DNA of 64,000 bases from an uncultured Gemmataceae bacterium (GCA_963750165.1 CAVVPN010000012.1:896001-960000); one strand, 5' to 3'; positions 47,712 through 58,813 are shown, counted from the first letter of the stretch. Numbers and translations: made by a program. Notes: a model not told the origin generated them from the sequence alone.

Positions 47712-49305
47712 ATGTTGCCAGCCGTAGATGGCCGGCGTTGCCGTTGACCGTCGGCGTCGGCGTGGCGATCTTCTTGGTCTGCAACTGCATCTCCTGCACG
47801 ATGCGCTGGCGGATGGCCAGGAAGGCGGTGGCGAACTCGGGGTCGAACTGCTTGCCGCGTTGCTTCTCGACCTCCGCGAAGGCCACGTCCGCCGCCAGGC
47901 CCTGGCGGTAGGGGCGATCCGAGGTCATGGCGTCGAAGGCGTCCGCCACCGCCACAATGCGGGCCAGGTGGTGGATGTTCTCGTCCTTCAGGTTGTCCGG
48001 GTAGCCCTGACCGTCCCAGCGCTCGTGATGCGAACGCACGATCGGGATCACCGGCGCCAGGTCCGGCACCTGCTCCAGAATCTTGGCGCCCATCGTCGTG
48101 TGCGCCTTCATCTTCTCGAACTCCTGCGTTGTCAACCGGCCGGGCTTTTGCAGGATGGCGTCCTCAATGCCGATCTTGCCGATGTCGTGCAGCGGCGTGC
48201 CGATGCGGATCAGGTGCATGTCCTCCGCCGACAACTGCAAGTGCTGGCCCAGCAGCAGCGAATACTCCGTGACGCGCTGTGTGTGGCCGCCGGTGTACTT
48301 GTCGCGCAGCTCGACCGCCTGGGCCAGAATGGTGATCGTGTTGTAGAACAGGTCGCGCTGCTTGCGCAGCAGTTGCGTCTGCTCGATGCCGGCCGAGACG
48401 TGCGCTGCCAGGGCGTCGGCGAGCATCAGGTCGTCCTTGTCGAACGGCTTCTGCATCGGGCCGCGGTCCAGGTGCAAGACGCCCAGCCGCTTGCGCGGCG
48501 TTCGCAGCAGAATGCACAGCACCGACGCCATCGTGCCCTCGGCGATGCTGCGGGCACCGACCAGTTCGGGATCCTCCTCGACGCTGGAGCACAGGATTGA
48601 TTCGCCACGGCTGAAGGAACGCTGGGCGAGGTTCTGGCTGAAGCCGGTGCGCGTCGCCATCTGGCTGGCGCCGCTGGCCAAAGCCCGCAACCGCAGCGGC
48701 CCGTTGGGACCGTCGGCCAGCACGATGGCGCCGCGCTGCGCTTCCAGCGTGCTCACGGCGTCGTTCAGGATCGAATGCAGCAGATCGTCTTCGCTCTCAA
48801 GGTGGCCGAGGTGGTGGCCGGCGCGCAGCAGCGCCAGGAGTTGTTCGCCAGGCCGGGGACAGCGATTGCTGTCGAAGGCCAGGCCCTCCATCGCCTCGTC
48901 CCAACTCTTGGAGGCGGCCGCCTCAACCAGCAGATTCTCGGGGGTGGGCATCTCCGCCTCGCGACCGTCACGCAGCGCGTCCACCACCAGGGTGATGTTG
49001 CCGCAGCGAATGATGTCGTGGACCCGCAGCGGCCATTCGCCGGTGCCCAGCCGGGTGCCGTTCAGAAAGGTGCCGTTGGTGCTGCCAAGATCCTTGACGC
49101 GCCAGCCGCTCGGCGTGGCCCGGACCTCCGCGTGACGGCGGCTGACGGAACTGTCGTCGAGGACAACCTCCAGCGAGGCCAGACGGCCCGCGCGCAGGAT
49201 CGAGTCGCCCTCCCAGACCAGATTCTCAACGTCGCCGTTGATGCCGCGCAATCGAATGTGCCGCTTCACACCGCGTCTCCCTTGAGACTGCTCCCCCGCT
49301 GTCAT
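47710..49305 (-). CDS. FHA-GAF-HD-GYP cyclic dinucleotide phosphodiesterase
   Basis: GR...SVSRRHA...DLGSTNGTFLNG (FHA), GAF, HDIGKIG and HHERWDGQGYP (HD-GYP). Confidence 0.93.
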   Translation of the reverse strand: MTAGEQSQGRRGVKRHIRLRGINGDVENLVWEGDSILRAGRLASLEVVLDDSSVSRRHAEVRATPSGWRVKDLGSTNGTFLNGTRLGTGEWPLRVHDIIRCGNITLVVDALRDGREAEMPTPENLLVEAAASKSWDEAMEGLAFDSNRCPRPGEQLLALLRAGHHLGHLESEDDLLHSILNDAVSTLEAQRGAIVLADGPNGPLRLRALASGASQMATRTGFSQNLAQRSFSRGESILCSSVEEDPELVGARSIAEGTMASVLCILLRTPRKRLGVLHLDRGPMQKPFDKDDLMLADALAAHVSAGIEQTQLLRKQRDLFYNTITILAQAVELRDKYTGGHTQRVTEYSLLLGQHLQLSAEDMHLIRIGTPLHDIGKIGIEDAILQKPGRLTTQEFEKMKAHTTMGAKILEQVPDLAPVIPIVRSHHERWDGQGYPDNLKDENIHHLARIVAVADAFDAMTSDRPYRQGLAADVAFAEVEKQRGKQFDPEFATAFLAIRQRIVQEMQLQTKKIATPTPTVNGNAGHLRLAT

Positions 49306-49477
49306 CCACCGGGCGGGGAAGTGCAGGATGGCATTTCGTTGTAATATAGCTCACACTTCGGCCAGTGTTTACCCCATTTTCCGACGGTGGTCACAGCCGG
49401 TTTTCCGGCAATTGGCTTTCCGCCAGGACGGCCAGCCCTTATCATCACTACACCCACCTTCTTCGATGAGGTACACC

Positions 49478-51538
49478 ATGAATCGGTTCATCTCTCGCGC
49501 CGCCGTCCTGTTCGCCGGAATCCTGCTGGCCGGGCCGGTAGCTCCGAGCTGGGCTCAGAAACCACCGCCGCCCGTCAAGCCGAACCCGCTGGCCCCCGCC
49601 CTCACGACGGTTTCGCCGCCGGGCGCCCAGCGCGGCGCCACGGTGGAAGTCGTCCTGACCGGCAGCAACCTGGCCAACCCAACCGGTGTGCTGGCGAGCT
49701 TTCCCGGGACGATCACCATCCCGACCGACAACAAGAATGGCACCGAGGCGAACAAGCTCCGCGTCCAGTTGCAAGTGCCCGCGAATGCACCACTCGGCTA
49801 TCATACGTTACGGTTGGCGACCACGAAGGGGATGTCGAATTTCCGCCTCTTCTGCGTTGATGACCTGCCCCCGGTTACCTCCGCCGGGACAAACCGTGAC
49901 TTCACGAAGGCGCAGCCGTTGCCGCTGCCCTGTGTGGTGACCGGCACGCTGACGGTGGAGCAAGGGGATTACTACAAGATCACCGTCCAGGCTGGCCAGC
50001 GCTTATCCTTTGACGTACTGGGCCGGCGACTTGGTTCCGTAATCGATCCGCAAATTTCCATTTATCACTCCCAAACGAAACGTGAGTTGGCCCATGAAAA
50101 CGATTCGCCCGGCTGCCAGAACGACCCCCGGCTGAGCTACACCTTCAAGGACGCCGGCGACTACATCATTGAGGTCAAGGACACGCTCTTCCGCGGCGGC
50201 GCCGACTATGTGTATCGGCTGCGCGTTGGTGACTTCCCGCTGGCGACGACCGCGCTGCCGCTGGCGGCGAAGCGCGGCAGCAAGGTGGACGTTCACTTCT
50301 CTGGGCCGCAGGTCGCGGGTGTCGCGTCGGTCGCGGTTGCGGTGCCGACCGACCCCCGGGTCAACGTCCTCTGGGTGGCGCCGAAAGGCCCGAGCGGCCT
50401 GCACGGCTGGCCAGTGGCCCTGACGGTCAGCGATTTCGACGAGGTGCTGGAGCGCGAGCCGAACGACGAACCGGCCAAGGCCCAGCGGCTCACGGTGCCG
50501 GTCGGCGTGACCGGCCGCTTCCTGTCTGCGAAGCCCGGCGCGGCCGCCAGCCCCGACGTGGATTACTACATCTTCGGTGCCAAAAAGGGGCAGAAATTGC
50601 TGATCGAGGCCCAGACGCTGGAGCACTACTCACCGTCGCTGGTGTACATGCTGCTGAAGAACGCCAAGGGGGCGGAGATCGGCAAGACCAACCCGCAGGC
50701 GGTGCCGCCGCTGGACCAGCGCATCGAGTTCACCGCGGCGGAGGACGGCGACTACACGCTGGAAGTGCAGCACCTGAACTACCTCGTCGGCCCGAACGAG
50801 GTCTACCGCGTGACGGTGACGCCGAGCGAACCCAGCTTCGATGTGACGCTGGGCATCGACCGCTACGACGTGCCGGCCGGCGGCACGCTGGCGCTGCCGC
50901 TGATCGTCAACCGTCGCGGTTTCACCGGGCCGATTGAGGTCAGAACGGTCGGCGGCAAGGGGCTGTCCGGTCAGGTGACCGTGGCCGCCAACAAGCCGCC
51001 GCAGCCGAACCAGATCGGCGCCATGCTGGTGGTGAAGGTGGATCGCTCCACGCCGATCGGGCCGCAGCTCATCACGCTGGAGTGCCAGGCGGACATCAAC
51101 GGCAAGAAGGTGAAGCAGTACGTCAACCTGCGGACGCTGGTGAAGCAGTCGCTCGCCGGCCTGCCGTTCCCGCCGAATAACTGGTCGTCGGACGTGGCCG
51201 TTGCCATCACCGAGGCGGCGCCGTTCGAGGTACTGGTGGAGGGCGCGCCGCTGACGCTGACGCCCGGCGGCAAGGCGAAGATCAAGATCGTGACGGCCCG
51301 CGTCGCTGGCTATGACGGCCCCGTCGCGGTAGAGCTGCGTAACCTGCCGGTGAACGTGACCGCGACCAGGGGCGTCATCGACAAGGGCAAGAACGTATTG
51401 GAGGTGGAGGTGACCGCCAACGCCAAGGCCGCGGTGGGGAATTTCCAGGGTGTGGTCATTCACGGCACCGCGACCGGCCGCAATAATTTACAGGGCGCGT
51501 CGCCACCGTTCGTGATCTCGATCAAGAAGGCGAAGTGA
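49478..51538 (+). CDS. secreted pre-peptidase C-terminal (PPC) domain protein
   Basis: signal peptide, PPGAQRG, DYY..GQRL..RLGS.IDP, YRLRVGDFP, EREPND. Confidence 0.8.
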   Translation: MNRFISRAAVLFAGILLAGPVAPSWAQKPPPPVKPNPLAPALTTVSPPGAQRGATVEVVLTGSNLANPTGVLASFPGTITIPTDNKNGTEANKLRVQLQVPANAPLGYHTLRLATTKGMSNFRLFCVDDLPPVTSAGTNRDFTKAQPLPLPCVVTGTLTVEQGDYYKITVQAGQRLSFDVLGRRLGSVIDPQISIYHSQTKRELAHENDSPGCQNDPRLSYTFKDAGDYIIEVKDTLFRGGADYVYRLRVGDFPLATTALPLAAKRGSKVDVHFSGPQVAGVASVAVAVPTDPRVNVLWVAPKGPSGLHGWPVALTVSDFDEVLEREPNDEPAKAQRLTVPVGVTGRFLSAKPGAAASPDVDYYIFGAKKGQKLLIEAQTLEHYSPSLVYMLLKNAKGAEIGKTNPQAVPPLDQRIEFTAAEDGDYTLEVQHLNYLVGPNEVYRVTVTPSEPSFDVTLGIDRYDVPAGGTLALPLIVNRRGFTGPIEVRTVGGKGLSGQVTVAANKPPQPNQIGAMLVVKVDRSTPIGPQLITLECQADINGKKVKQYVNLRTLVKQSLAGLPFPPNNWSSDVAVAITEAAPFEVLVEGAPLTLTPGGKAKIKIVTARVAGYDGPVAVELRNLPVNVTATRGVIDKGKNVLEVEVTANAKAAVGNFQGVVIHGTATGRNNLQGASPPFVISIKKAK

Positions 51539-51548
51539 GGAGGAGCGC

Positions 51549-52106
51549 ATGAATCTCTTCGATAAGTTCCCGCAGGGCCTGGCGTACGTGGACTTCATCC
51601 AGAGGTACGCGACCGATGTGCAGAAGCAGCGCTGGCAGCAAACGTTCGAGCAGTTGAAGTTGACGGACGCTCAGCGGGCGTTGCTGGCGTCGTTCACGCG
51701 GCGGATGAACGTGCTGTGCCTGGCGGGCGCCTGGTGCGGCGACTGCATCAACCAGTGCCCGAATTTCGAGCGCTTCGCCCAGGCGGCGCCGGTGCTGGCG
51801 GTGCGTTACCTCGACCGCGACGAGCACGCCGACGCGCAGCGCGCGTTGCAGATCAACGGCGGCAATCGCGTGCCGGTGGTGGTGTTCTTCAGCGAGGACG
51901 GCCAGGAAGTGGCCCGCTACGGCGAGCGCACGCTGAGCAAGTATCGGCAGCTGATGCGCGACCAGGCCGGCGACAGCTGCCCGACCGGCCTGGCGGTGCC
52001 GGGCGACCTGGCGGCGCAGGTGACGCAGGACTGGCTGAACGAGTTCGAGCGCGTGCAGTGGCTGCTGCGACTGTCGCCGCGGCTGCGGCAGAAGTATGGC
52101 GATTGA
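51549..52106 (+). CDS. thioredoxin family protein
   Basis: AWCGDC redox motif, NGGNRVP cis-Pro motif. Confidence 0.88.
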   Translation: MNLFDKFPQGLAYVDFIQRYATDVQKQRWQQTFEQLKLTDAQRALLASFTRRMNVLCLAGAWCGDCINQCPNFERFAQAAPVLAVRYLDRDEHADAQRALQINGGNRVPVVVFFSEDGQEVARYGERTLSKYRQLMRDQAGDSCPTGLAVPGDLAAQVTQDWLNEFERVQWLLRLSPRLRQKYGD

Positions 52107-52118
52107 TCGAGGGAACCC

Positions 52119-53186
52119 ATGAAACGCTGCCTTTCCCTCGCCCTGCTGCTGTTGGCCGCCCCTGGGCTGGGTGCCCAGCCCGCGTACCCGCCGCCGGCGG
52201 AGGTGCGGGCCGCGTTCAAGAAGTTGCTCGACCGGCCGAAGGTGGACCTGGACGTGAAGGCTGGCCCCGTCAAGCAGGACGGGGACCTGAACGTCGTCTC
52301 CTACAGTTTCGCCTCCGAAAAGAAGGCGGACGGGACCACCGAGCGCGTGCCCGCGCTGGTCGTTTGGCCGAAGGGCGTCACGGGCAAGCTGCCGGTGGTG
52401 ATCTGCCTGCACGGCACCGGCGGCACCAAGGAAGGCCAGATGGGTTTCATGCGTGAGCTGGCGAAGCGCGGCATTGCCGGCGTGGCCATCGACGGCCGCT
52501 ACCACGGCGCGCGGAAGACTGGCAAGGGCACTGCGGAATACAACGCCGCCATCATCCGCGCCTGGCGGACCAAACCCGGCGAACCGATGGAGCATCCGTT
52601 CTACTACGACACCGTCTGGGACGTGTGGCGCACGGTCGATTTCGTGAAAACGCTGCCGTTCCTTGACGGCGGCCGCGTCGGTCTGATCGGCTTCAGCAAG
52701 GGCGGCGTCGAAACCTGGCTGGCGGCGGCGGCGGACGAGCGGATCAAGGTCGCGGTGCCGGCCATCGGCGTGCAGAGCTTTCGCTGGAGCCTCGACAACG
52801 ACAAATGGCAGGGCCGCGCCAACACCATCAAGGCCGCGCACCAGGCCGCCGCCGCGGACCTCGGCGAGAAGGCGGTCAATCAAAAGGTGTGCCGGGCGTT
52901 GTGGAACAAGATTCTGCCCGGCATCCTCGACCAGTTCGACGGCCCGAGCATGCTGCGGCTGTTCGCGGGACGGGCGCTGCTGATCCTCAACGGCGAAAAG
53001 GATGGGAATTGTCCGCTGGGCGGCGCCAAACTGGCGTTTGCGGCGGCGGAGAAGGCGTTCCGGGACGCGGGCACGCCGGAGCGACTGCGGATCATCGTGG
53101 AGCCCGTCGGCCACGCGGTCACGCCGGCGCAGCGGCAGGCGGCGCTGGACTGGTTCGTGCGCTGGTTGAAGGAGAAGGCGAAATAA
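52119..53186 (+). CDS. secreted alpha/beta hydrolase
   Basis: signal peptide, CLHGTGG, GFSKGG nucleophile elbow, NGEKD, VGH. Confidence 0.88.
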   Translation: MKRCLSLALLLLAAPGLGAQPAYPPPAEVRAAFKKLLDRPKVDLDVKAGPVKQDGDLNVVSYSFASEKKADGTTERVPALVVWPKGVTGKLPVVICLHGTGGTKEGQMGFMRELAKRGIAGVAIDGRYHGARKTGKGTAEYNAAIIRAWRTKPGEPMEHPFYYDTVWDVWRTVDFVKTLPFLDGGRVGLIGFSKGGVETWLAAAADERIKVAVPAIGVQSFRWSLDNDKWQGRANTIKAAHQAAAADLGEKAVNQKVCRALWNKILPGILDQFDGPSMLRLFAGRALLILNGEKDGNCPLGGAKLAFAAAEKAFRDAGTPERLRIIVEPVGHAVTPAQRQAALDWFVRWLKEKAK

Positions 53187-53191
53187 CCGGG

Positions 53192-53737
53192 CTAGCGCTC
53201 CCCGAGCTTCAGGTCCGTCTTGCCGCCCAATTTCACGAACACCTGCAACGCGAAGTCGCCCAGGTCGCTGCCGAAGCCCAGAATCAGGCACTCCCGGCCC
53301 GGCGTGACGCGGATGTCCTTGTGGACGCCGGCGATGACCGTCGGCGTGGAGAAGTAGAAGTGGTAGGGCGTCTCGGCCAGCAGCGCCTTGGCCTGGCCGG
53401 CGACCACGTTGGCGACCTCGCCGAGACAGTCGTACTGCATGGCCTGTTCCCGGGCCTCCGGCAGTCCGGCGAGCACGCGCTCGGCCAGGGCCTGGGCGGT
53501 CGGCTGATCGAAGCCGAGCACCAGCGACCGGACGATGCCGGACAGCCGCAAGGCCGCCGACACCTCGCCAAGCGTTGTCGGTTCCGGCTTCCAGAAGGCG
53601 CCGCGCGGCGTCACCTCCAGGCACGCCATCTCGGCGAAGGTGTGGGTGACGGCTTCGGTGAACGGCCCCACCAGCTGTTGCTTGACCTCCGCGGGGACAG
53701 GCTGCGCCCCCGCCGCGGCCGCGGCCAGGATGTCCAA
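53192..53737 (-). CDS. cheX: CheX-like chemotaxis phosphatase
   Basis: PFTEAV..F, DCLGEVANVVAGQAK, STPTVI. Confidence 0.85.
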   Translation of the reverse strand: MDILAAAAAGAQPVPAEVKQQLVGPFTEAVTHTFAEMACLEVTPRGAFWKPEPTTLGEVSAALRLSGIVRSLVLGFDQPTAQALAERVLAGLPEAREQAMQYDCLGEVANVVAGQAKALLAETPYHFYFSTPTVIAGVHKDIRVTPGRECLILGFGSDLGDFALQVFVKLGGKTDLKLGER

Positions 53738-53770
53738 GGTCGGCTCCTTACGCAGGGAATCCGTGGCGAT

Positions 53771-54586
53771 TCAACGGACGAGCTGATAATACCCCGATTT
53801 GACGTGCTCCGCGCGCTGGAAGGAGTCGTCGAGGTTGAACGTCGTTTCCGCGCTGCCCAGCAGCAGATAGCCGTCCGGCCGCAACTGCCGTGCCAGCCGG
53901 CCCAGAATGGTTTTCTTCGTCGCCACGTCGAAATAGATCATGACGTTACGGATCAGCGACAGGTCCATGCGCGGCAGCACCGGCCAGACCTGGGCCAGGT
54001 TGATCTCCTGGAACTGCACCATGGCGCGGATGTTTGGGTTGAGCTGCCAGTGGGTGCCGTGCTGGCGAAAGTACTTGACCAGCAGCGCCGCGGGCAGGCC
54101 GCGGTTGACCTCGATCTGGCTGAAGCAGGCCTGCCGCGCCCGCTCCAGCACCTCGCGCGACAGGTCGCTGGCCACGATGGTGACGCTCCAGTGGGCCAGT
54201 TCGGGGAAGTATTCCCGGATCAGGATGGCGAGGCTGTACGGTTCCTGGCCGGTCGAGCAGCCGGCGCACCAGAAGTGCAGACGGCGCTCCTCCCGGCGGC
54301 GCTTCATCAGGTCCGGCAGCACACTCTTGCGCAGCGCCTCCCACGGGTGGTGATCGCGGAAGAACGAGGTCTCGGTGGTGACCATCGCCTCCACGATGCG
54401 TGTGCTGAGCCCCGCGGAGGGTTGCGTTCGCAACTGCCCAACCAGATCCTCAATCGACTTCAGGTTCAATTGCCGCACCACGGGCGTCAGCCGGGTTTCG
54501 ACGAGGTATTCCTTTCCCGCCTCCAGGGTAATCGCACTACGTTCCTGGAGCAGTTTGCAAATGAAGTCGAAATCCTGTTCCGTCAT
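53771..54586 (-). CDS. cheR: chemotaxis methyltransferase CheR
   Basis: KEYLVETRL, TTETSFFRD, CSTGQEPYS, RNVMIYFD, LLLGSAET. Confidence 0.95.
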   Translation of the reverse strand: MTEQDFDFICKLLQERSAITLEAGKEYLVETRLTPVVRQLNLKSIEDLVGQLRTQPSAGLSTRIVEAMVTTETSFFRDHHPWEALRKSVLPDLMKRRREERRLHFWCAGCSTGQEPYSLAILIREYFPELAHWSVTIVASDLSREVLERARQACFSQIEVNRGLPAALLVKYFRQHGTHWQLNPNIRAMVQFQEINLAQVWPVLPRMDLSLIRNVMIYFDVATKKTILGRLARQLRPDGYLLLGSAETTFNLDDSFQRAEHVKSGYYQLVR

Positions 54587-54884
54587 GCCATCCACCTTGA
54601 GCGTCTTGGAGAGGGGCGGTTGAAGTTGCAGTTCACCAGCGGCTGGCATGGTTCGGTTCCCACGGAGTAAGGTGACTGGAAACGGCGCTCCCAGGTGTTT
54701 TGCCCCCGGCGGCTTCCTCTCCAGGGACAGAATTTGGTGTTAACCATTAACACCGGCGCCTCCTCGTGGTTCTGGTTCGCCCCCTGGTGGGGTTTGGGCT
54801 GACCGGCTCGACGCACTCAACACCCGCCGCCGCAATGGCTTCGACGAATAATTAAATTTTCATCATCTTGCGCATTGTCCTGGG

Positions 54885-55949
54885 TTATTTTACGCGGTGC
54901 AGAATCTCCTCGGCAATGTGAGAAATGGGCAATACCTGATCGGCCAGGCCAGCGCGGATGACGTTGCCGGGCATGCCCCAGACCACCGAGGTGGCCTCGT
55001 CCTGGGCCAAAACCTGGCCGCCGGCCTCGCGCACCGCCTCGCAGCCGCGCAGGCCGTCCTGGCCCATGCCGGTCAGGATGATGGCCAGCGCCGCCGTTCC
55101 GAACGTCTGGGCCACGGAACGAAAGAGCACATCCACCGCGGGCCGGCAGGAATTCTGCGGTGGGTCCTGGTGCAGCAACAGCCGTGCCTGTGGGCCGTTG
55201 CGGACGACGATCATGTGGTAGTCCCCGGGGGCGATCCAGACCTGGCCGGGCTGCAGCGCCGCCCCGGAGGTGCCCTCCTTGACGGCCAGCCCGAACTGGG
55301 CCGACATCCGCTCCGCCATCAACCGCGTGAACATCGGCGGCATGTGTTGTACTACCACGACCGGCACGGAAAGGTTTTTCGGCAGCCGCGAAAAGACCTC
55401 CGCCAGGGCGTTGGGGCCGCCGGTTGAGGCGCCGATGGCGACCACCTCCGCGTGTCGGGGGGCCGGGCCCCCGGCCGCACCGGCCGGCGTAGCCGCCTGG
55501 CTGCGGACGACCTTCTTGATCGCGCGCGTGTCGCGGCTGGCGGCGGCGTGCAGGGCCTTGATCTCCGGGATCAGCTGCTCGCGGATGACCGCCAGCGAAC
55601 CGTCCACACTGTGCGTGCCGGACGGCTTGGTGAAGTAGTCGGTGGCGCCCATCGCCAGGGCGTCGAGCGTCGCGGCGGCGCCGCGCTCCGTCAGGCTGCT
55701 GAACATGATGACCGGCAGCCGCGGATAACTGCGGCGCAGCTCGCCGAGCGTGGCCAAACCGTCCATCTCCGGCATTTCAAAGTCGAGGATGATGACATCG
55801 GGTTTGGCCTGGGCCATCTTGGCCAGGGCGATGCGGCCGTTGGCGGCGGTGCCGGCGACCTCCAGCTCCGGGTCGCGGGCCAGTTCGTCGGCCACAAGGC
55901 GGCGGAACACCACGGCGTCGTCCACGACCAGCACGCGGATCTTCCCCAT
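54885..55949 (-). CDS. cheB: chemotaxis methylesterase CheB
   Basis: REC domain; IGASTGGP, VQHMP, CRPAVD, LTGMGQDG, VWGMP. Confidence 0.95.
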   Translation of the reverse strand: MGKIRVLVVDDAVVFRRLVADELARDPELEVAGTAANGRIALAKMAQAKPDVIILDFEMPEMDGLATLGELRRSYPRLPVIMFSSLTERGAAATLDALAMGATDYFTKPSGTHSVDGSLAVIREQLIPEIKALHAAASRDTRAIKKVVRSQAATPAGAAGGPAPRHAEVVAIGASTGGPNALAEVFSRLPKNLSVPVVVVQHMPPMFTRLMAERMSAQFGLAVKEGTSGAALQPGQVWIAPGDYHMIVVRNGPQARLLLHQDPPQNSCRPAVDVLFRSVAQTFGTAALAIILTGMGQDGLRGCEAVREAGGQVLAQDEATSVVWGMPGNVIRAGLADQVLPISHIAEEILHRVK

Positions 55950-55954
55950 GACGG

Positions 55955-56326
55955 TTACTCCCGGACCACGTCCAGCAGATTGAGCTTGGCCACGAGCACG
56001 TCCTTGGTGAACGGCTTCATGAGGTATTCGTCGGCCCCGGCCTCCAGCGCCATTTTAACCTGGGCGGTCTCGGCTTCCGAGGTGACCATGAGGATGCGCA
56101 CACCGCGATAGGTCGGGTCGGCGCGCACCGCCTTGATAAACTCCAGGCCATTCATCGCCGGCATGTTCCAATCCACCAGCAGCAACTCGACCGCCGGCGA
56201 CCGCTGCAACACCTCCAGCGCCTCCAGGCCGTTGGCGGCCTGGAGCACGGACATGCCCATCTCCTTGAGGATGTTGCTGATGATGGACCGGGCCGCCCGG
56301 GAGTCATCGATCACGAGCGCGAGCAT
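55955..56326 (-). CDS. cheY: CheY-like response regulator
   Basis: VIDDS, VDWNMP, MVT, GADEYLMKPF. Confidence 0.9.
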   Translation of the reverse strand: MLALVIDDSRAARSIISNILKEMGMSVLQAANGLEALEVLQRSPAVELLLVDWNMPAMNGLEFIKAVRADPTYRGVRILMVTSEAETAQVKMALEAGADEYLMKPFTKDVLVAKLNLLDVVRE

Positions 56327-56338
56327 AGCTTCCCCCGT

Positions 56339-56455
56339 GGTCAGAAGTGAGAAGTCAGAAGTCAGAAGTCAGAGTTGACCGTCTGTTCTGCCGTTTGCGG
56401 CTTAGCGCTCTTCCTGACTTCTGACTTCTGACTTCTCCCTTCTGACTTCTGACCT
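56339..56455. repeat. heptamer tandem repeats (GAAGTCA / TGACTTC) in inverted orientation flanking a REP half
   Basis: GGTCAGAAGTGAGAAGTCAGAAGTCAGAAGTCAG...CTGACTTCTGACTTCTGACTTCTCCCTTCTGACTTCTGACC. Confidence 0.8.
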
Positions 56456-58226
56456 TTAGTACTTGAACTGCGCCACCAGCTTTTGCAGATCCTGGGCCAT
56501 GCGCGACAGTTCGTCGGCGGAGCCCTTGGTGTTGCTGGCCCCCTCGGTGGTGCTGCGGGCCGCCTGGGCCACGCCGATGATGTTCTGGGCGATCTCGTTG
56601 CTGCCGCTGCGCCGCCTCGGCGACGTTGCGGCTGATCTCGCCGGTCGTCGAGGTCTGCTCCTCGACGGCGCTGGCGATCGTGTTCTGAATATCGTTGATC
56701 TGGTTGATGATTTTGCCGATCTGGGCGATGGCGTCCACGGCCCCCTTGGTGTCGCCCTGAATGGCCTCGATTTTACGGCTGATGTCCTCGGTCGCCTTGG
56801 CGGTCTGCTTGGCCAGCTCCTTGACCTCATTGGCGACCACCGCGAAGCCCTTGCCCGCCTCGCCGGCACGGGCCGCCTCAATGGTCGCGTTCAACGCCAG
56901 CAGGTTCGTCTGCTGGGCGATGCTGGTGATGACCTTGATGACGTTGCCGATCTCGGCACTGCTCTCGCCCAGCTTGGCCACAATGGAGTTGGTGCGCTCC
57001 GCCACCTTGACGGCACTCGTCGCCACCTTGGCGGCCTCGTTGGCGTTCTTGGCGATCTCCTTGATGCTGACGCCCATCTCCTCGGCGCCCGTCGCCACCG
57101 TGCTGACGTTCTTGCTAACCTCCTCGGCGGCCGCCGAGGCAACGTTGGCCTGCGTCGCCGTCTCCTCGGCGGTGGCGGCCATTTGCTGGCTGACGGCGGT
57201 CAATTCACGGCTGGCGCGGGCCAGCGACTGGGCCGTCTGCGAGATGTTGTGGACGTTGCCGCGCAGGTTGCTGAAGAACTTGCCCAGGCCCTCGCCCAGC
57301 TGGCCCACCGGGTCCGCGCCCTTGACCGTCATCTCGCGCGTCAGTTCGCCGCGCGCCGCGGCATGCACCGCTTCCAGCAGTGCCTCAATGCGGGTGCGAA
57401 ACTCCTCCACCTGCTGCCGTTCGCTCTCGAACTCCGCCAGGCGCTCGCGCTCCTCCTCCAGCCGTTCGGTCGCCACCTCCCAGGTGGCCAGTGGGCCGAG
57501 GAAGTTCTCGTCCGCGTCGTAGACGGCGGTGAACTGCACGTCGAGCACCTCGGGGCCGAGGTGAACGTTGACGCGGGCCGGCAGGTTGCGCGGGTCGCTG
57601 AGCGGCCTGCGCTGCCCGGCCGTGCTGCGTGGGAACAGGTCGTTGAGCGATGCGCCCACCACCTCGTCCGCCCGAACCTCCAGGTGGCGCTCCAGACGGG
57701 CCAGGGCCGCCAGCGCGGCGGGGTTGGCGTAGGTGATGGTCAGGTCACAGTCGGCCAGCAACAGGTTGACCGGAGCACTGTTCAGGATCGCGGCTGCAGG
57801 GGACGGCTCCGCCGCGCCCTGCCCGGCTTCCTCCCAGTTGACCACAAAACCCAGCGGGGCGTCCTCGGGGCCGGGCACGGCGTTGATGCTGGCGCGGAGA
57901 GTGACGGTGCCGAAGCCCAGTACCGCCTGGTACGGCAGGGCCGCCGGGTTGCGCAGGGTGCGTTCCAGCTGGCGTTTGTCCTTGTGGAGCCGGGACAGTG
58001 GCGTGCCGACGACCTCTTCCGGCTCGACGCCGATGGCCTTGCGGAGTTCGCCTTCGAGGCCGCGCAGCGTGTCGAGGGCGTGCGCGTTGGCGAAGACAAT
58101 GGTGCCCTTGGCGTCGGTCAGGAACACGTTGGCCTGAACCGCGGCCAGGCTGGCGCGGAGGAACTCGGGCGAGTCCAGGCTGCCGTTCAGGCCGGGGGTG
58201 GCGCGACCTTTCGAGGCGTTGTCCAT
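56456..58226 (-). CDS. cytoplasmic PAS-PAS methyl-accepting chemotaxis protein (frameshift at ~56608)
   Basis: two PAS-like units (NVFLTD..IVFAN; NLLLAD..ITYAN), no TM helix, [30 protein letters not shown]; second frame supplies GSNEIAQNI...AQFKY. Confidence 0.92.
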
Positions 58227-58280
58227 CGTTGCGGCTCCGTTGCCACCGCGGGTGGCGTCGTTCGCTGGGTGCTGTCTCGT

Positions 58281-58339
58281 CGAGCGGGGTCGCGTCAGCG
58301 CCCGTGGGCTTGCACGGGGCGCTGACGCGACCCCGCTCG
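58281..58339. repeat. REP-like palindrome
   Basis: CGAGCGGGGTCGCGTCAGCGCCC...GGGCGCTGACGCGACCCCGCTCG. Confidence 0.8.
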
Positions 58340-58354
58340 TCGGCGCGGTTGGTA

Positions 58355-58813
58355 TTAAATCCGTAGTTCAAAGTCGTGCCCCTTCTCCGAAAGGTTCACG
58401 GTGCGCTCCGCGTCCAAAATGAGCAGCAGCCGGCCCGGCAACTTGTAGGCGCCGACGATCAGGTCGCGGGCCACGCCCTGCAACGTTTCAGGGGCCGGCT
58501 CGAACGCCCGCTCCGGCACCTCCAGCACATCGCCGATCTCATCGACCAGCAGGCTGACGGCGCCGTCGTCGGTCTGCACCACGACGTTGACCGGCAGCTG
58601 GTCGCCGGGCCGATCCTTCAACTCCAGGCGGCGGCGCAGGTCGATGGCGGTCACGATCTGGCCGCGCAGGTTGATGAGGCCGCGCACCACCGGCGGCGTC
58701 AGCGGCACCCGCGTCATCTCCTGGTAGCGGATGACCTCCTGGACCTTGAGCACGTCCAGCCCGAGGTAGTGGCCGTCCAGGTAAAACGTACAGTATTGCC
58801 GCTCGCCGGCCAT
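58355..58813 (-). CDS. cheW: chemotaxis adaptor CheW
   Basis: [35 protein letters not shown]. Confidence 0.95.
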   Translation of the reverse strand: MAGERQYCTFYLDGHYLGLDVLKVQEVIRYQEMTRVPLTPPVVRGLINLRGQIVTAIDLRRRLELKDRPGDQLPVNVVVQTDDGAVSLLVDEIGDVLEVPERAFEPAPETLQGVARDLIVGAYKLPGRLLLILDAERTVNLSEKGHDFELRI

